This document shows positions 42,719-53,558 of a DNA stretch of 64,000 bases, piece after piece; position 1 is the first letter of the stretch; every line of letters begins with the position of its first letter. The stretch is from a virus. Lineage: Duplodnaviria; Caudoviricetes. Location: the IMG/VR virus record IMGVR_UViG_2907202186_000003, positions 32,001-96,000 of that record. The stretch is one strand, 5' to 3'. Made by a program: the position numbers and the translations under genes. A model generated the notes under the pieces. That model was not told the origin of the DNA. It saw only the letters and a list, made by a program, of their open reading frames with translations, and searched no databases.

Positions 42719-43526
42719 AAAACTTGCATTTCATCTTAAATGTCATTGATGGCCTGTTTTAAAAATGCAATCTTCAATATGCCTTTTTCCAAAGATGCAG
42801 CATAGTATCCTTTATTTTCGCTGGAGTACTGATAATGGATAATTTCGTCTGCCATCTCCTCGGTCATTTCACCTCTATAATATGGGATATCAACTAGCGA
42901 ACCAATTGGAATATCGGAGCTTTTTTTGTTAATGTCAACTCGCTCCAAAATTGTTTTAACCGAGTCATCTAATTTAGACCAGTCAGTGTCTACAATTCTC
43001 ATTTCTAACCCCCTCTCTAATGATGAAACATGCCTTTTATGTCTTTTACTGCTCATTGAAATACCACATTACATCAGATTGCTCTAATACTTGATACAAT
43101 GCATTTAAATTAGACGACGTTTCTCTAACGTAAATCTCCAATCTGCTGATTTCGTCTCCTGTATATTTTATGATCCGTTTCACTTTCTCATCAATTTCAT
43201 TCCCTAGAAAAGTGTATACATCTAACACATTATCAATGGAGTAAATTAATACCGTATATTGAACATCATTTAAAGGACGAAATGTAAACAAATTATCAGT
43301 AGGTTGTATTCTTTTGCAGTATTCACATACAACTTTATGCTTTTCGCCTTTGTCGTCAATAATTATTCCACCATTTTTGTCTGAGGTAGATAGCTCAACG
43401 ATTGTTCCTTCTATTTGTTGTCCAACATAATCATATTTCACTCTATCACCAAGATATAACCCATACCAACCTCTAGTCACTCTATACCACTCCTTATTTT
43501 AGGATTCAAGTGAAATAGCCATTTGA

Positions 43527-44045
43527 TTAAGACTCCGCAGCAAGCAATCCAGCAACACGAGCCAGTTCCTCTTGACTGTGAACAGTGCCACCACTATTCA
43601 TCTGTAAGTACCATTCAAGTACCTCTTTACGAGTCTGAAGGTTGTTAACATGAAAACTCAAACGAATCATCATTGGGATCTTGTCTTGAAATTCATTGTA
43701 GAAATGTCCAAATGCTTTAATTTGGTTTCTAATGAATTTCAAGCATGCTGTAAGGCGTTGCAGTCCATCGACACACACGAACCACCCATCACCATTTCCC
43801 ACAGTGTTCTGCCATTTAGTGTGATTGAAGTATATATCTAATCCTGAGACACCTTCACGCAACAAATGCTCGATATAAAGCTCTTGTTGTTGCTCAGTCC
43901 AGACCTGCCCTCTCTGAAAATCCGGTTCTAACTCTAATCCCATCTCTTCAATATAATCACCTATAGTGCTTTCAAGATACCTTAGAGCTACATCAACAGA
44001 ATAGTTATTGCACTGTATGTATGGTTTAATGCCCTGGAACTTCAT
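43527..44045 (-). CDS. Stand-alone DUF262 (GmrS/ParB-like) protein
   Basis: PDFQRGQVWT and VDGLQRLT. Confidence 0.8.
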   Translation of the reverse strand: MKFQGIKPYIQCNNYSVDVALRYLESTIGDYIEEMGLELEPDFQRGQVWTEQQQELYIEHLLREGVSGLDIYFNHTKWQNTVGNGDGWFVCVDGLQRLTACLKFIRNQIKAFGHFYNEFQDKIPMMIRLSFHVNNLQTRKEVLEWYLQMNSGGTVHSQEELARVAGLLAAES

Positions 44046-45271
44046 GTTTTAACCCCCTAAAACGACTATCCATCTTGTTTATCGATGATAAAGTAATCTA
44101 AATCCTCAAGAAACTCTTTAATTAAACGGATCTCAGCTTCTAAAATCAACATCGTAATGCTTTCATTAACTGATAAATCTTCTGTTCCCTTCTTTTTATT
44201 GTGGTAGGGTTTCAAAAGATTTTCTTTTCGTTCAAGTGATCTTTTATACTGTTCAATTAACTCCATATAATAATAGCCTCCTTAAATATAGGTAAAACAG
44301 TCATTTGATCAAGAATCGATCCTATGTTTCTTGAAGTATCCATGAATCACTTCTTCGCTTGGATTATCAATACGTTCATCAGTACTCCATCTAGACCAAC
44401 CATCAGCGCAATAATATGCGATATCTAAAAGGCTTTCAGGTTCTTTACCATAGTGTTGTTTGAAATCCTCTTTCAGTTCACTCATTCCTTCTTCTGGATC
44501 TGAGCCAAAATATTCAGTAAAGCGAATAACTTTTCTTGATAGCAGCTTTTCTCCTTCTTTGAAGGTGTCTAAGAGTATTACTTCAGCGTTCTCCTGATAT
44601 TTTGAGTAATCCTCATTTATCATTTTTACATATCCTACTGTCTCTCGATCCCTATACTCTTTCCACATGATTTCATCTCCTATTTACTCATAATTCTTCT
44701 AGTACAACTTTATATTTTTTCCCAGTAACATTGTTTGTGAAATGTGACAGTTCACTATAAATAAAGTTATTTCTTATATAGTCCTTATCTTTCTCTACTT
44801 CGGTTGCAAGAACCTGCATTAACTCATCTGTATTTTCAACAACATAAATACCCCAAACGTCGATGTGTTTTTCATGATAAGCATAAAATAATTTCATATT
44901 TAGTATGCTCTCCTTCACATAAAATAGTTATTTGACCATGAATTATTTATTAGAAATCTTTTCCTGCTTGTTTAAAATAATTATCTAACTGCCGTTGTGC
45001 CTCTAGATGAGAAATAGGCGCCTTATTGATTCTTTCTAATTCAGTCTCAAGTTTCTTAACTTCATCGTCCGTGTTGTCTGGCTGTACTCCATTTTCACGC
45101 TGTGCTTTATTTAAAATTATCTGTTCTCTCAACCAAACCAATCTATTCAAGCAAAATCCATACCTATTTAGTTTTTCCTCAGTATCTCTTTTTTCAATCC
45201 ATTCGTTACCGTTCCACTTATAGCCCTTTACGATCTTATCTTTCTTCATGACCTTAACACCTCGTAGTTTT

Positions 45272-46264
45272 TTAAATAGCTTTTAGAACAATGTTTCCTG
45301 CATGATCAATAAATCCAGTGTCATCTTTTTTACTTGAAAATCTAACCAAGGCTAAACCTTCTTTGAATGAATCAATGTCTTCATACTGTGGCTCAACAAT
45401 CCAATTACCAGACTTGTCAAGAACACCAAACGATTCTAAATACCTCTTCTTACCGTTTTTAACTGTGGCAAGCCCTTCACTAAACCAAAAATTCTCGCTT
45501 GCAATATCTTTTACTATAGAATGCTCATACTTATCCATCAACCCAATAACTCTTCTATCTTGTGATCTCGTATTATTCAAAGGGCAATAAGAATACAAAC
45601 CTTCTCCGGCATATCCCAAACTACTATAATCCTCTTTGAAAACTCTTTCTCCATTGCTATTGATTGCATAATATTTTGATTGATCGAAATCATACACCAC
45701 TGCTATACCATTATTAAAACCACTCGACACAGGATGATACTGATTTTTAATAACAACGGAACTGTTTATATTTATGAATCCAACCTTATAGTCTTGTTCA
45801 AATCTAATCAATCCGTCTTGAGGATGGCTTAAAGAATTAAAACTCGGCAACACAACCCATTCACCTTTTTTGTTTATCATTCCATATCTATCATTTTTCT
45901 TCACAATCGAATATCCATTTCTAAAAGGACTGGCGGCTTCATATTTAGGCTCAATTATAAATTCACCACAATCATCTATAAAACCCGCTTTTCCGTCAAT
46001 AACTACATTAACTAACCCTTCGGAGAATCCCCATGAAGCATATATCCCTTTATCAAATTTGCAGTCAATAATAATATCCCCATCTACGTTAATAAACCCC
46101 CATTTTTTAGAGGTATTTTGGAATGGGGCGTATCCCTCAGAGAAGTCTTCAGCGTAAGCAAACTTTGACTCAATTGCGACTTCTCCATATTTATTAATGT
46201 ATCCGTATTTTTTTTCATCTTGAATCAATGCCAAACCATTTGAAAAACCAGATTTATACTTCAC
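45272..46264 (-). CDS. WG-repeat protein
   Basis: Repeated FSEG(L/Y)A...(K)YG(F/Y)I(N/D)..G units. Confidence 0.85.
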   Translation of the reverse strand: MKYKSGFSNGLALIQDEKKYGYINKYGEVAIESKFAYAEDFSEGYAPFQNTSKKWGFINVDGDIIIDCKFDKGIYASWGFSEGLVNVVIDGKAGFIDDCGEFIIEPKYEAASPFRNGYSIVKKNDRYGMINKKGEWVVLPSFNSLSHPQDGLIRFEQDYKVGFININSSVVIKNQYHPVSSGFNNGIAVVYDFDQSKYYAINSNGERVFKEDYSSLGYAGEGLYSYCPLNNTRSQDRRVIGLMDKYEHSIVKDIASENFWFSEGLATVKNGKKRYLESFGVLDKSGNWIVEPQYEDIDSFKEGLALVRFSSKKDDTGFIDHAGNIVLKAI

Positions 46265-46337
46265 ATTAATTCCTCCATATCAAGATTGCTATGTATTTAG
46301 ATTTCGCTAACCCCATGAAATAAACCTTTCACACACT

Positions 46338-46589
46338 CTAGTCCCTTGGATAGTTAACTTCCATTATGTCCATAAATGGCACCTTAGTGATAACACCATC
46401 TTTCTTGATATGCACCTTTCCCGTCCGAGAGTCCATTTGATCGATTTGCCCCCTAACAGACTCTTCCCAACCCCACACGGTTAATACAATTTCTGATTCC
46501 TCTTGGTAGGCTTCGGTGAGTTGATTTCCTAACTCCTCAAGTACAAACTCATCTCTTGTTGGTCTCTTTGCTACCTTAGATTTTGCCAT
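46338..46589 (-). CDS. Second YolD-like protein
   Basis: RPTRDEFVLEEL...VRGQI...VPFMDI; start after GGAGGG. Confidence 0.7.
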   Translation of the reverse strand: MAKSKVAKRPTRDEFVLEELGNQLTEAYQEESEIVLTVWGWEESVRGQIDQMDSRTGKVHIKKDGVITKVPFMDIMEVNYPRD

Positions 46590-46673
46590 CATTAATGCCC
46601 TCCTAGCTGTCGAATTCAGTACGCAAGAGTTGAAATGGCGACCTAAACGTTTCTGTTTGATCGCCAAGAAAAT

Positions 46674-47033
46674 TTAATTATTATTCAATCTTTCTGTGAT
46701 TTCTTTTATCTTTGAACGAGCAACATTGAGCTGTTCGCCATCTTTAAAAATAACCATTCCGTTAGCCTCATCAACATATTTCACTTGTTCAAGATTAATC
46801 ATAAGATCTCTATCGGCCTGTAGAAACCCTTTTTCAGCGGAATAATACTCTGCCAAATCTTGAAACGTAGCAACCTGACTATATCTGGCTCCGTTTGTGG
46901 TTGTATATACGGGTACTTTTTGACCCTTAATTATTTTTATTGAAACATGACTCACATCTTCAAGTTTGAAATCTTCAATCGATCCTGTATCATGATTATA
47001 TCCGACCAATTCATTTGTTGTCATCGATGTCAC
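46674..47033 (-). CDS. Second stand-alone LytTR protein
   Basis: GFLQADRDLMINLEQV...F.DG..LNVAR. Confidence 0.78.
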   Translation of the reverse strand: MTSMTTNELVGYNHDTGSIEDFKLEDVSHVSIKIIKGQKVPVYTTTNGARYSQVATFQDLAEYYSAEKGFLQADRDLMINLEQVKYVDEANGMVIFKDGEQLNVARSKIKEITERLNNN

Positions 47034-47952
47034 CTCAAAGGTTATTATTGTATAATTTTACAATACAAAGTTACTTCAGAACAGTACATTGTTTATCTAT
47101 CAGTTATATAAGCATTGTATCACATAAATTTATATTTGTATATTTATTTTATTAATAATTTCAATTCAATCCAGTTGTGTCCCGATGTGCGAACAAACAA
47201 TTTGCCTTTCTCAACTTTACCCCCTCTATACATATCTATATACGCTCCCAGTTCTACGGCTGTAAACCTCTACATAAGCTTTAAACTCGCTAGTGAGCTT
47301 GTACACTCTATCCATGATAATAAAGCTCATAGTCTCCTTGCAGCGTCCCAGTTGTGCAATGCTTTCTACCACTTGATTATTTACCACAATATCATATGTA
47401 TCCATTATAAATACCTCCAATTAATATTTTTATTTTATTTTATTTGAAAGACTTATTTTATGCAGATTCATGTTTCGTCATTTGGACACCATGGTAACTA
47501 ACTTCTACAATATCAATTATCTCAGTTTCTTTATCATTAAACCAGAAATCATCTATCAGTTTTTTCGCATGTATTTCGTTGTTAGCTGTAACGATATGAT
47601 ACTTGGTATCCCCTAAAGCTTTAGTTTCAGCATAATAAATTCTCATTTTTTCAACTCCTCATGAAATACTTATTGTGTTACCAGAATCTAACCTTATCAT
47701 CCTCAATCGAGTAACCTTCAAGAATGAAGTTTATTCCTTCATTGGTATATGTAGCATCTTTATTTTCATGACCATGAGAAATTAATTCTTCAAGTATCTC
47801 CTTTAACTCTATTAATTTCATTGTCTTTTCAACTCCTTATAAATTACTTCTTTCATCCTATAACCCTGCCTAAAGTCCCAATAAAATCTTCCAATATAAC
47901 CAATTATGCTATATAGTTTATTTATCAAAATTAATAAGACTGGGGTAGACAT

Positions 47953-48453
47953 TTGATGAAAGCCATATTAATTATTGTTGTATTATTCATAGTTTGTGCA
48001 CTGATACTCATTAAAATGAGGTCAAAAGGTCAAGAAAAAATCAACGATTATTCTAATAATCAATCAAAAGACCAAACCAGGAGTTTCTCCGGAGCTCTAA
48101 ATGATGTAAGAAACGGAACATCTGAATTTGCTCCAGAAGCTATTAGGGGAATTGAGAAAATTAAGACTGTGCTTATGACTGATGAAGAAATTATTCACTC
48201 AGGTTATGGAAAAGATGGCTTTAAAAACGTAGTTTATGCTGTGACAAACAAACGATTTATAGCCTGTTATGTTGGAGTTACTTCCGAACAACTCACTTCC
48301 ATTAATTATAATAAGATTACAAATGTAGATATTAAAAACAAACTTAATTTATCATATGTTGTAATTCAAACAAGCGAGAAAGCAGTAGAGATTCTTGTCC
48401 AGAACAAACCAAGATCAGTTGAGTTTTTCAATTCAATAAATAGTTATACTTAA
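47953..48453 (+). CDS. Membrane-anchored bacterial PH-domain protein
   Basis: N-terminal TM; DEEII...AVTNKRFI...INYNKITNV. Confidence 0.7.
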   Translation: MMKAILIIVVLFIVCALILIKMRSKGQEKINDYSNNQSKDQTRSFSGALNDVRNGTSEFAPEAIRGIEKIKTVLMTDEEIIHSGYGKDGFKNVVYAVTNKRFIACYVGVTSEQLTSINYNKITNVDIKNKLNLSYVVIQTSEKAVEILVQNKPRSVEFFNSINSYT

Positions 48454-49467
48454 TAATATTTTGGGTGAGGTCTTATTGATCTCACCTTTCTTTATAAAAG
48501 AATCCTTTTATACAGACTTTCTCAATTGTCTTTGGCAAAACTGCATCGCCTCGAACAATGTTTCTGTGTCTGCTGTAACATTCTGATAACCAAAGACTTT
48601 TTCATTCACATTGTTACTTGGTAAATCACTGTATACAAATAAAAAACCCCTTACAATCTTCCCCTTTCCTTCACCACAATTGTCATCAGAAACAACCATG
48701 ATATTATATTTACCAACAGGAATGATTAAACTTGCTTCAGCACCATCAGCATTACTTGCAATGATTCGGCCACCCAGTTTGATATTTTCCATTGAACTAA
48801 TCTCCTCATAAAATATTCATATTTAAACTTCAATTATCATAGCATCTTCGTTCTGCGACACTTTACTATTTAAGCGAACATCTCTTATGCTCCATGCTAT
48901 AAATAACAATTTGATCGCCTGTCATTGACCTTGATCTATATCGAATGCCTAAACATTTAACTTTTCTTCCATCCTGAGTTTGACTCAATTTGTTGTTTTG
49001 ATACTCTTGTTTTGTAAGGTTTTCATTGCATTTAGGGCAAAGCAATTCAAACGCTTCTTCAACATGCTCTGCCATGTAGTCATCTTCTAATTGTTCCTCA
49101 TGGGTTCTTAGACTAAATTCTGTAAAGTTTGCTTTCGCATACAGAATGTCATTCAAAATCACCACCTCCTGTTTTGCGGTATTTTGTCTACTGTACTTAA
49201 TAAATCCTCATAAAATAATCTTTTTATTCAAACTTACTATCTCTAATTAAGACATAAATAAAATCCCTTACTTCTGTATCATCCCATCCCCACTCATCTG
49301 CCAGATCTTTTATCCTATCTGGAATCAAGTTAATAATGGCAGTTATTTGTGCTTCATCGGGAGCAATATTGTTAATATCAATATAGCTGCTTCGAATTTG
49401 ATCTTTTAATTCCCAAGTTCCATCCATATTATTCAATCCTCATTTCTACGTAAAATATTCATTTTAA

Positions 49468-49542
49468 TGCCAACTACAGGAATTGAACCTGTCATCGCAC
49501 CAATTTATGCTTTTGTAGTCATCACCAAAGACTCTAGCTGGC
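49468..49542 (-). ncRNA. tRNA-like element / pseudo-tRNA with degenerate anticodon arm
   Basis: GCCAGCT/AGTTGGC-A acceptor stem, AGTC-TTTGGTGAT-GACT D arm, ACAGG-TTCAATT-CCTGT T arm, 75 nt. Confidence 0.65.
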
Positions 49543-51401
49543 TATCTAATTATTACTTTAATTAGTTCTTACTCTGTTCACGGAAGAATAATTGCTCATA
49601 TGCATCCGTTACTGCATCAACTGGATTATCGTATTGTTTTGATATCGCGCGTTCACGACTCTCAATCTGTTCCAGCATACACTTATACAAACCAACAGTA
49701 TGCAAATAGAGAATGTAATCATCTCCCTGAATATTTACAATGGAGACTTGAACCTTATTGTTGTTGATTTCACTCATCGATAGCATATCCTCACCTCCTC
49801 TCAGTGGTTATGGATGAAAGGATTATTTAATTACAAATTCTATTTCCTTATATTCAAACTTATCACCATGTCTTGAATCATAGAACTTTTCCCAAGCTAG
49901 CAGATCCTCTTCTTTTTCTGTTTCACTAAATACCATTGATTCAATTAAGTTGTCAGTATATTCACCGACTTTTCCAATCCATACATTTCCTTCTACACTC
50001 TGGATGCTGCACCACTTAATAAATTTATCTCCAACTTTGATTACATATCTGCTCACTATGTATCACTCCCCATGAAAGGATCATTTCATCAATACTTCAA
50101 TGCTTTTCCCTTGCCTATGGTCAATTTCCATGCAAGTAAACATCCTTCTTCAAGTTCTTGTTTGTCAGTAAAACACATATCACACTGCCCGTTTCTAAAA
50201 ATCTCGCACTGTCTCTCAACAATGTTATGAAGAGTTTTTCTTTTGATAATTCTAGCAGCAGTTCCCTTAATATATCGTTCCTCGGTGTAAACTGTTATGT
50301 ATTCTGGATCATTTTGCAGCTCTAAAGTACTTCTTTGTGGTTTAACTGTTTTTTCAAACCGTGCGGCGAACATGTAAACACGATTATTAAAGTCATCATT
50401 TACGTACACAGCCCTCATTGGAGCAGTTACATTTGTATCTTCCTCAATCTGATACACTTTATTAAGTGTCAGATTGTCTGTGGCTGCTGTGCATTTTCCC
50501 CACCATTTATCTCCTTTTAATTGTTCTCTCTCCCATCTTTGTCAATTTTCGCTCCAGCTCTAATATAAACTTCCAAGTTTCTCGGAATCTTAAACTGATT
50601 ACGATCAAATATTGGCATTTGTTCTTCCGGAATAGAGCCACCAGACACATGAAATACTTCTCCATTCCATTGTCTAACGAAACCCCAGAATCCATAATAA
50701 GGTGATTCTTTATCAATAATTTCAATCAGTTTACCTATTGAATTTTCAGGCTTCATTTAAAAACAACTCCTCATGAAAAGATCCTATGATTTAGTCTTGA
50801 TCCAGCGGATCAATACGGTTTTCATAGCAGTAAGATTCTCAATTCCTTAGTAAAAGATCATTTTAAAGGAAACTTTGTGTATAGTTCCTCTCTAAACTCG
50901 TCATTTTCGATTAGGTAAAATTCGTCAATGATACTTCCTTGATCGTCCCAGATTTTCATTTTCCAATCGTGCAGTATTTCAACAGAAGTTCCATAGTATT
51001 TAGTCAACGAATCAAATTTAAACTTTACTTCATTATATTGTGTACTTTCTTCGGTAACATCAATCCAATCAGACTCTAAAACATGAATACCGAACAATAT
51101 CATAAAAAATCACTCCTCATTAAAATATAGTTTCATCAACTTAAATTGCTACAAGTTGGATGTTGGCTTTTTCTCCAGGAATAATAACCAAATCACCGTC
51201 TTCCTCACACATCTGTTTAAACAATATCATTTGTTCGTATTTCGGAAAAGTATATGTATTCATTACTAGTTTACCTAGTACCTTTTCAACAACAGCGATT
51301 TTATACATTTCAATATCACCTCTTTGTTTTGTTAGTTAAATTATACCATATGATTTTATATTATGTCTATATTTATTTTGTTAAATATAAAGGAATAAAC
51401 A

Positions 51402-52037
51402 TCATCCTTTATATTCTGTATCGCTATTCAAAATAGGATCGAAATATTTTTCCTCGGCTCGTTTACGAGCTTTTATAGCATCTTCCTTTTCGGAAAAATA
51501 CCCTAGAGATATTTGTTTCCCCTTAAATCCAATGTGTGCCGTCCATTTTTGACGGGATTCATTCCATCGTACACCCTTGTGTCCACTTTTATTGCCTTTA
51601 TGGAGCTTTGCCTTCAAAGCGGTTTTCCTCGTCCCATCCACACGGTCAGTTTTTTCATGCTCTCTTGCACCTATATCACGTTTTTCCTCTCTATTACACC
51701 CACAACTCTTATAATACCCAGCCCGCAGGCTGGCCCCGAGAACATATATAACTTCCCCACACTTGCAACGACATTCCCAAAGCCTTGTTCCGTTTGCCCC
51801 TCTTTTGTCGCTTAGTCGGATAACCTTCAAATCACCAAAATCCATGTCAGACAAGTCTTTCATTCTTGATGTGGTCCTATGGCTGCCATATTCCAATTCA
51901 GCGTCTTTTCGCGCTTGTACGGCGTCCTCGACATCAGTGAAATAGCCTAAATATTTTCGTTTTTTATTTACAAATATATAAGCACGATACTTGCCTTTGC
52001 GGCTGTCATAACTAACGTCTTTGTGATCATCTATCAT
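51402..52037 (-). CDS. AP2-domain DNA-binding protein
   Basis: Two AP2 repeats (KYRAYI...LGYF...AVQARK and KWTAHI...LGYF...AIKARK) flanking CRCKCG/SCGC. Confidence 0.8.
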   Translation of the reverse strand: MIDDHKDVSYDSRKGKYRAYIFVNKKRKYLGYFTDVEDAVQARKDAELEYGSHRTTSRMKDLSDMDFGDLKVIRLSDKRGANGTRLWECRCKCGEVIYVLGASLRAGYYKSCGCNREEKRDIGAREHEKTDRVDGTRKTALKAKLHKGNKSGHKGVRWNESRQKWTAHIGFKGKQISLGYFSEKEDAIKARKRAEEKYFDPILNSDTEYKG

Positions 52038-52246
52038 TTTCCTACCTCAAATCGGCTTGCGAACCAAAGCGGAGTTAAATTACCTGTCCGCCCCTTGATT
52101 ACAGCATCTGGCCGTGAAAACCGCTTTTCCTTACCGCGGTAAGATGGATTCAACATCGCCTTAGCTGTCTTACTTACATTTTGCTGAGTGGTACCGATAT
52201 GTTCAGCAACCCACTCAGCTCCAACGTATTCAAGGGGCGGTGTTAC
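52034..52246 (-). CDS. Small HTH protein (Aca-like), not in the ORF track; GTA at the presumed start
   Basis: Frame VTPPLEYVGAEWVAEHIGTTQQNVSK...PDAVI...PLWF; overlaps the upstream stop and the downstream ATG. Confidence 0.55.
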   Translation of the reverse strand, partial: VTPPLEYVGAEWVAEHIGTTQQNVSKTAKAMLNPSYRGKEKRFSRPDAVIKGRTGNLTPLWFASRFEVGK

Positions 52247-52497
52247 TTTACCAGTGTCACGCCTATTGGATTATACCAGTCACACATTTCTGACTCATCA
52301 GTGATTTCTTCGTACTCATCATAAACATCCCACACCAGAATATATTCGTTATTTTCTGCATCAACAGCGGTTGCTTTGTAGTGGGGGCGTTCGCCGGAAA
52401 CTCCATCAATATATGGGTCCTGTGTGGTCTTCAAGGTTTTCCCTTCAAAATCAATCACCGTCGAGTTAAACTCGTTCAGATCGCTAAAAGTTTTCAC
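52243..52497 (-). CDS. Small acidic protein, candidate anti-CRISPR
   Basis: GTG start after AGGAGG; D/E-rich (DEYEEITDESEMCDW); next to an HTH gene and the CRISPR repeat. Confidence 0.45.
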   Translation of the reverse strand: MKTFSDLNEFNSTVIDFEGKTLKTTQDPYIDGVSGERPHYKATAVDAENNEYILVWDVYDEYEEITDESEMCDWYNPIGVTLVK

Positions 52498-52552
52498 TAA
52501 ATTTTTCCTCCTTGACATCATATTTAATATGATTTAATTTAAAAATGTAAGT

Positions 52553-52584
52553 GTCGCACCCCGTGCGAGTGCGTGGATTGAAAT
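52553..52584 (+). CRISPR. Solitary type I-C CRISPR repeat (SRU/Racr-like), not an array
   Basis: GTCGCACCCCGTGCGAGTGCGTGGATTGAAAT, 32 bp; TTGACA-17-TAATTT upstream (52512-52540); terminator at 52607-52627. Confidence 0.88.
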
Positions 52585-52657
52585 ATTCTTATAGTATTTC
52601 AGCAGGAGGCCCTTTACGGGGCCTTTTGTGTTACCATCCCGATGATGCCCTCTTAAT

Positions 52658-53059
52658 TTAAAATAGTTGCGCAATCACGAGAGCGTCCTTTATTACAATC
52701 TCTCCGTGATCAGGATCGTCATGGCGTCCCAGGCGCTTACTGGCGATTATGTAACAATGATCGGTACCAAAAATTTGGTCGCGCGCCTTTTCAGCTGCGA
52801 AGGAAGAATATTCGTAAGTCTGGCTGATTGACATGTCCCAGGCGGATGTACCGTTAAGAAGTTCCATCTCCTCGTATTCCTCTGTCCCGTATTTAGGGAA
52901 CTCCCTTTCATCTTCGCGATCAGCGTTATGGCGGCTGTATTCGCATTCCTCACCGATCGCGCGTTCCTTGTTTTCAAAACGAAGTCCGATAAAATAGAAT
53001 TCATTCTCATTGGCGACGTAGATTTCTTTAGCCTCCGCGTACATTTCTGCGACTGTCAT
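52658..53059 (-). CDS. Acidic protein, candidate anti-CRISPR
   Basis: Start MTVAEM after GGAGG; E/D-rich; first gene after a palindrome-containing promoter. Confidence 0.45.
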   Translation of the reverse strand: MTVAEMYAEAKEIYVANENEFYFIGLRFENKERAIGEECEYSRHNADREDEREFPKYGTEEYEEMELLNGTSAWDMSISQTYEYSSFAAEKARDQIFGTDHCYIIASKRLGRHDDPDHGEIVIKDALVIAQLF

Positions 53060-53108
53060 CTTAATTCCTCCTTCATATATTTTTCCGTGATTCCTTGTTG
53101 TTGGTTTT

Positions 53109-53141
53109 ATTATATCACACAAGGTTGTGCTACACAACCTT
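53109..53141 (-). promoter_or_regulatory. Promoter with a perfect inverted-repeat operator
   Basis: TTGTGT-17-TATAAT with extended -10 TG; AAGGTTGTG-CTA-CACAACCTT overlaps the -35. Confidence 0.75.
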
Positions 53142-53558
53142 TTCTTGAAAATATTATAATTTCCATACACAAATAACTCCAAGCAACAAAACTAACTCGC
53201 TTGGAGTTTGATAAAATTAATCTTTCATTAAGAAAGACAACCCCGAAAATAAGATTGTCTTTGCAATATAAATTATTCAGTTTCAGTCCAGTACATGATT
53301 TTCACATGATTTGGAGTGGTTTTTTCTAACCTCACAATCTGTTCTTTTACATAATCATGTACTTCTCTCTCTTCTCCATTTGGAACATCGTAAATGCTTG
53401 CTCTTTTGTTGTGCTGTACTCTGTCAACAAATAGAATGTAATCAACTTCGAGTGTCATGATTGCCAGCCCCTCTATATGTAATTATTTTCCTGTTATATC
53501 TTTACGCTTGTCGGAGTCAAAGTTTACTAGCCGAGAGATTGTTATCAAAAAAATAAAG

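Noticed and set aside
49468-49542. Functional decoding tRNA
   Set aside because: No canonical anticodon stem-loop, so no isotype assigned; kept as a tRNA-like element
52553-52700. CRISPR array
   Set aside because: Only one repeat copy; no second repeat at spacer distance and no cas genes
53060-53182. Tracked N-terminal extension of the 174-aa ORF
   Set aside because: It spans the promoter/operator; the RBS supports a start at 53059
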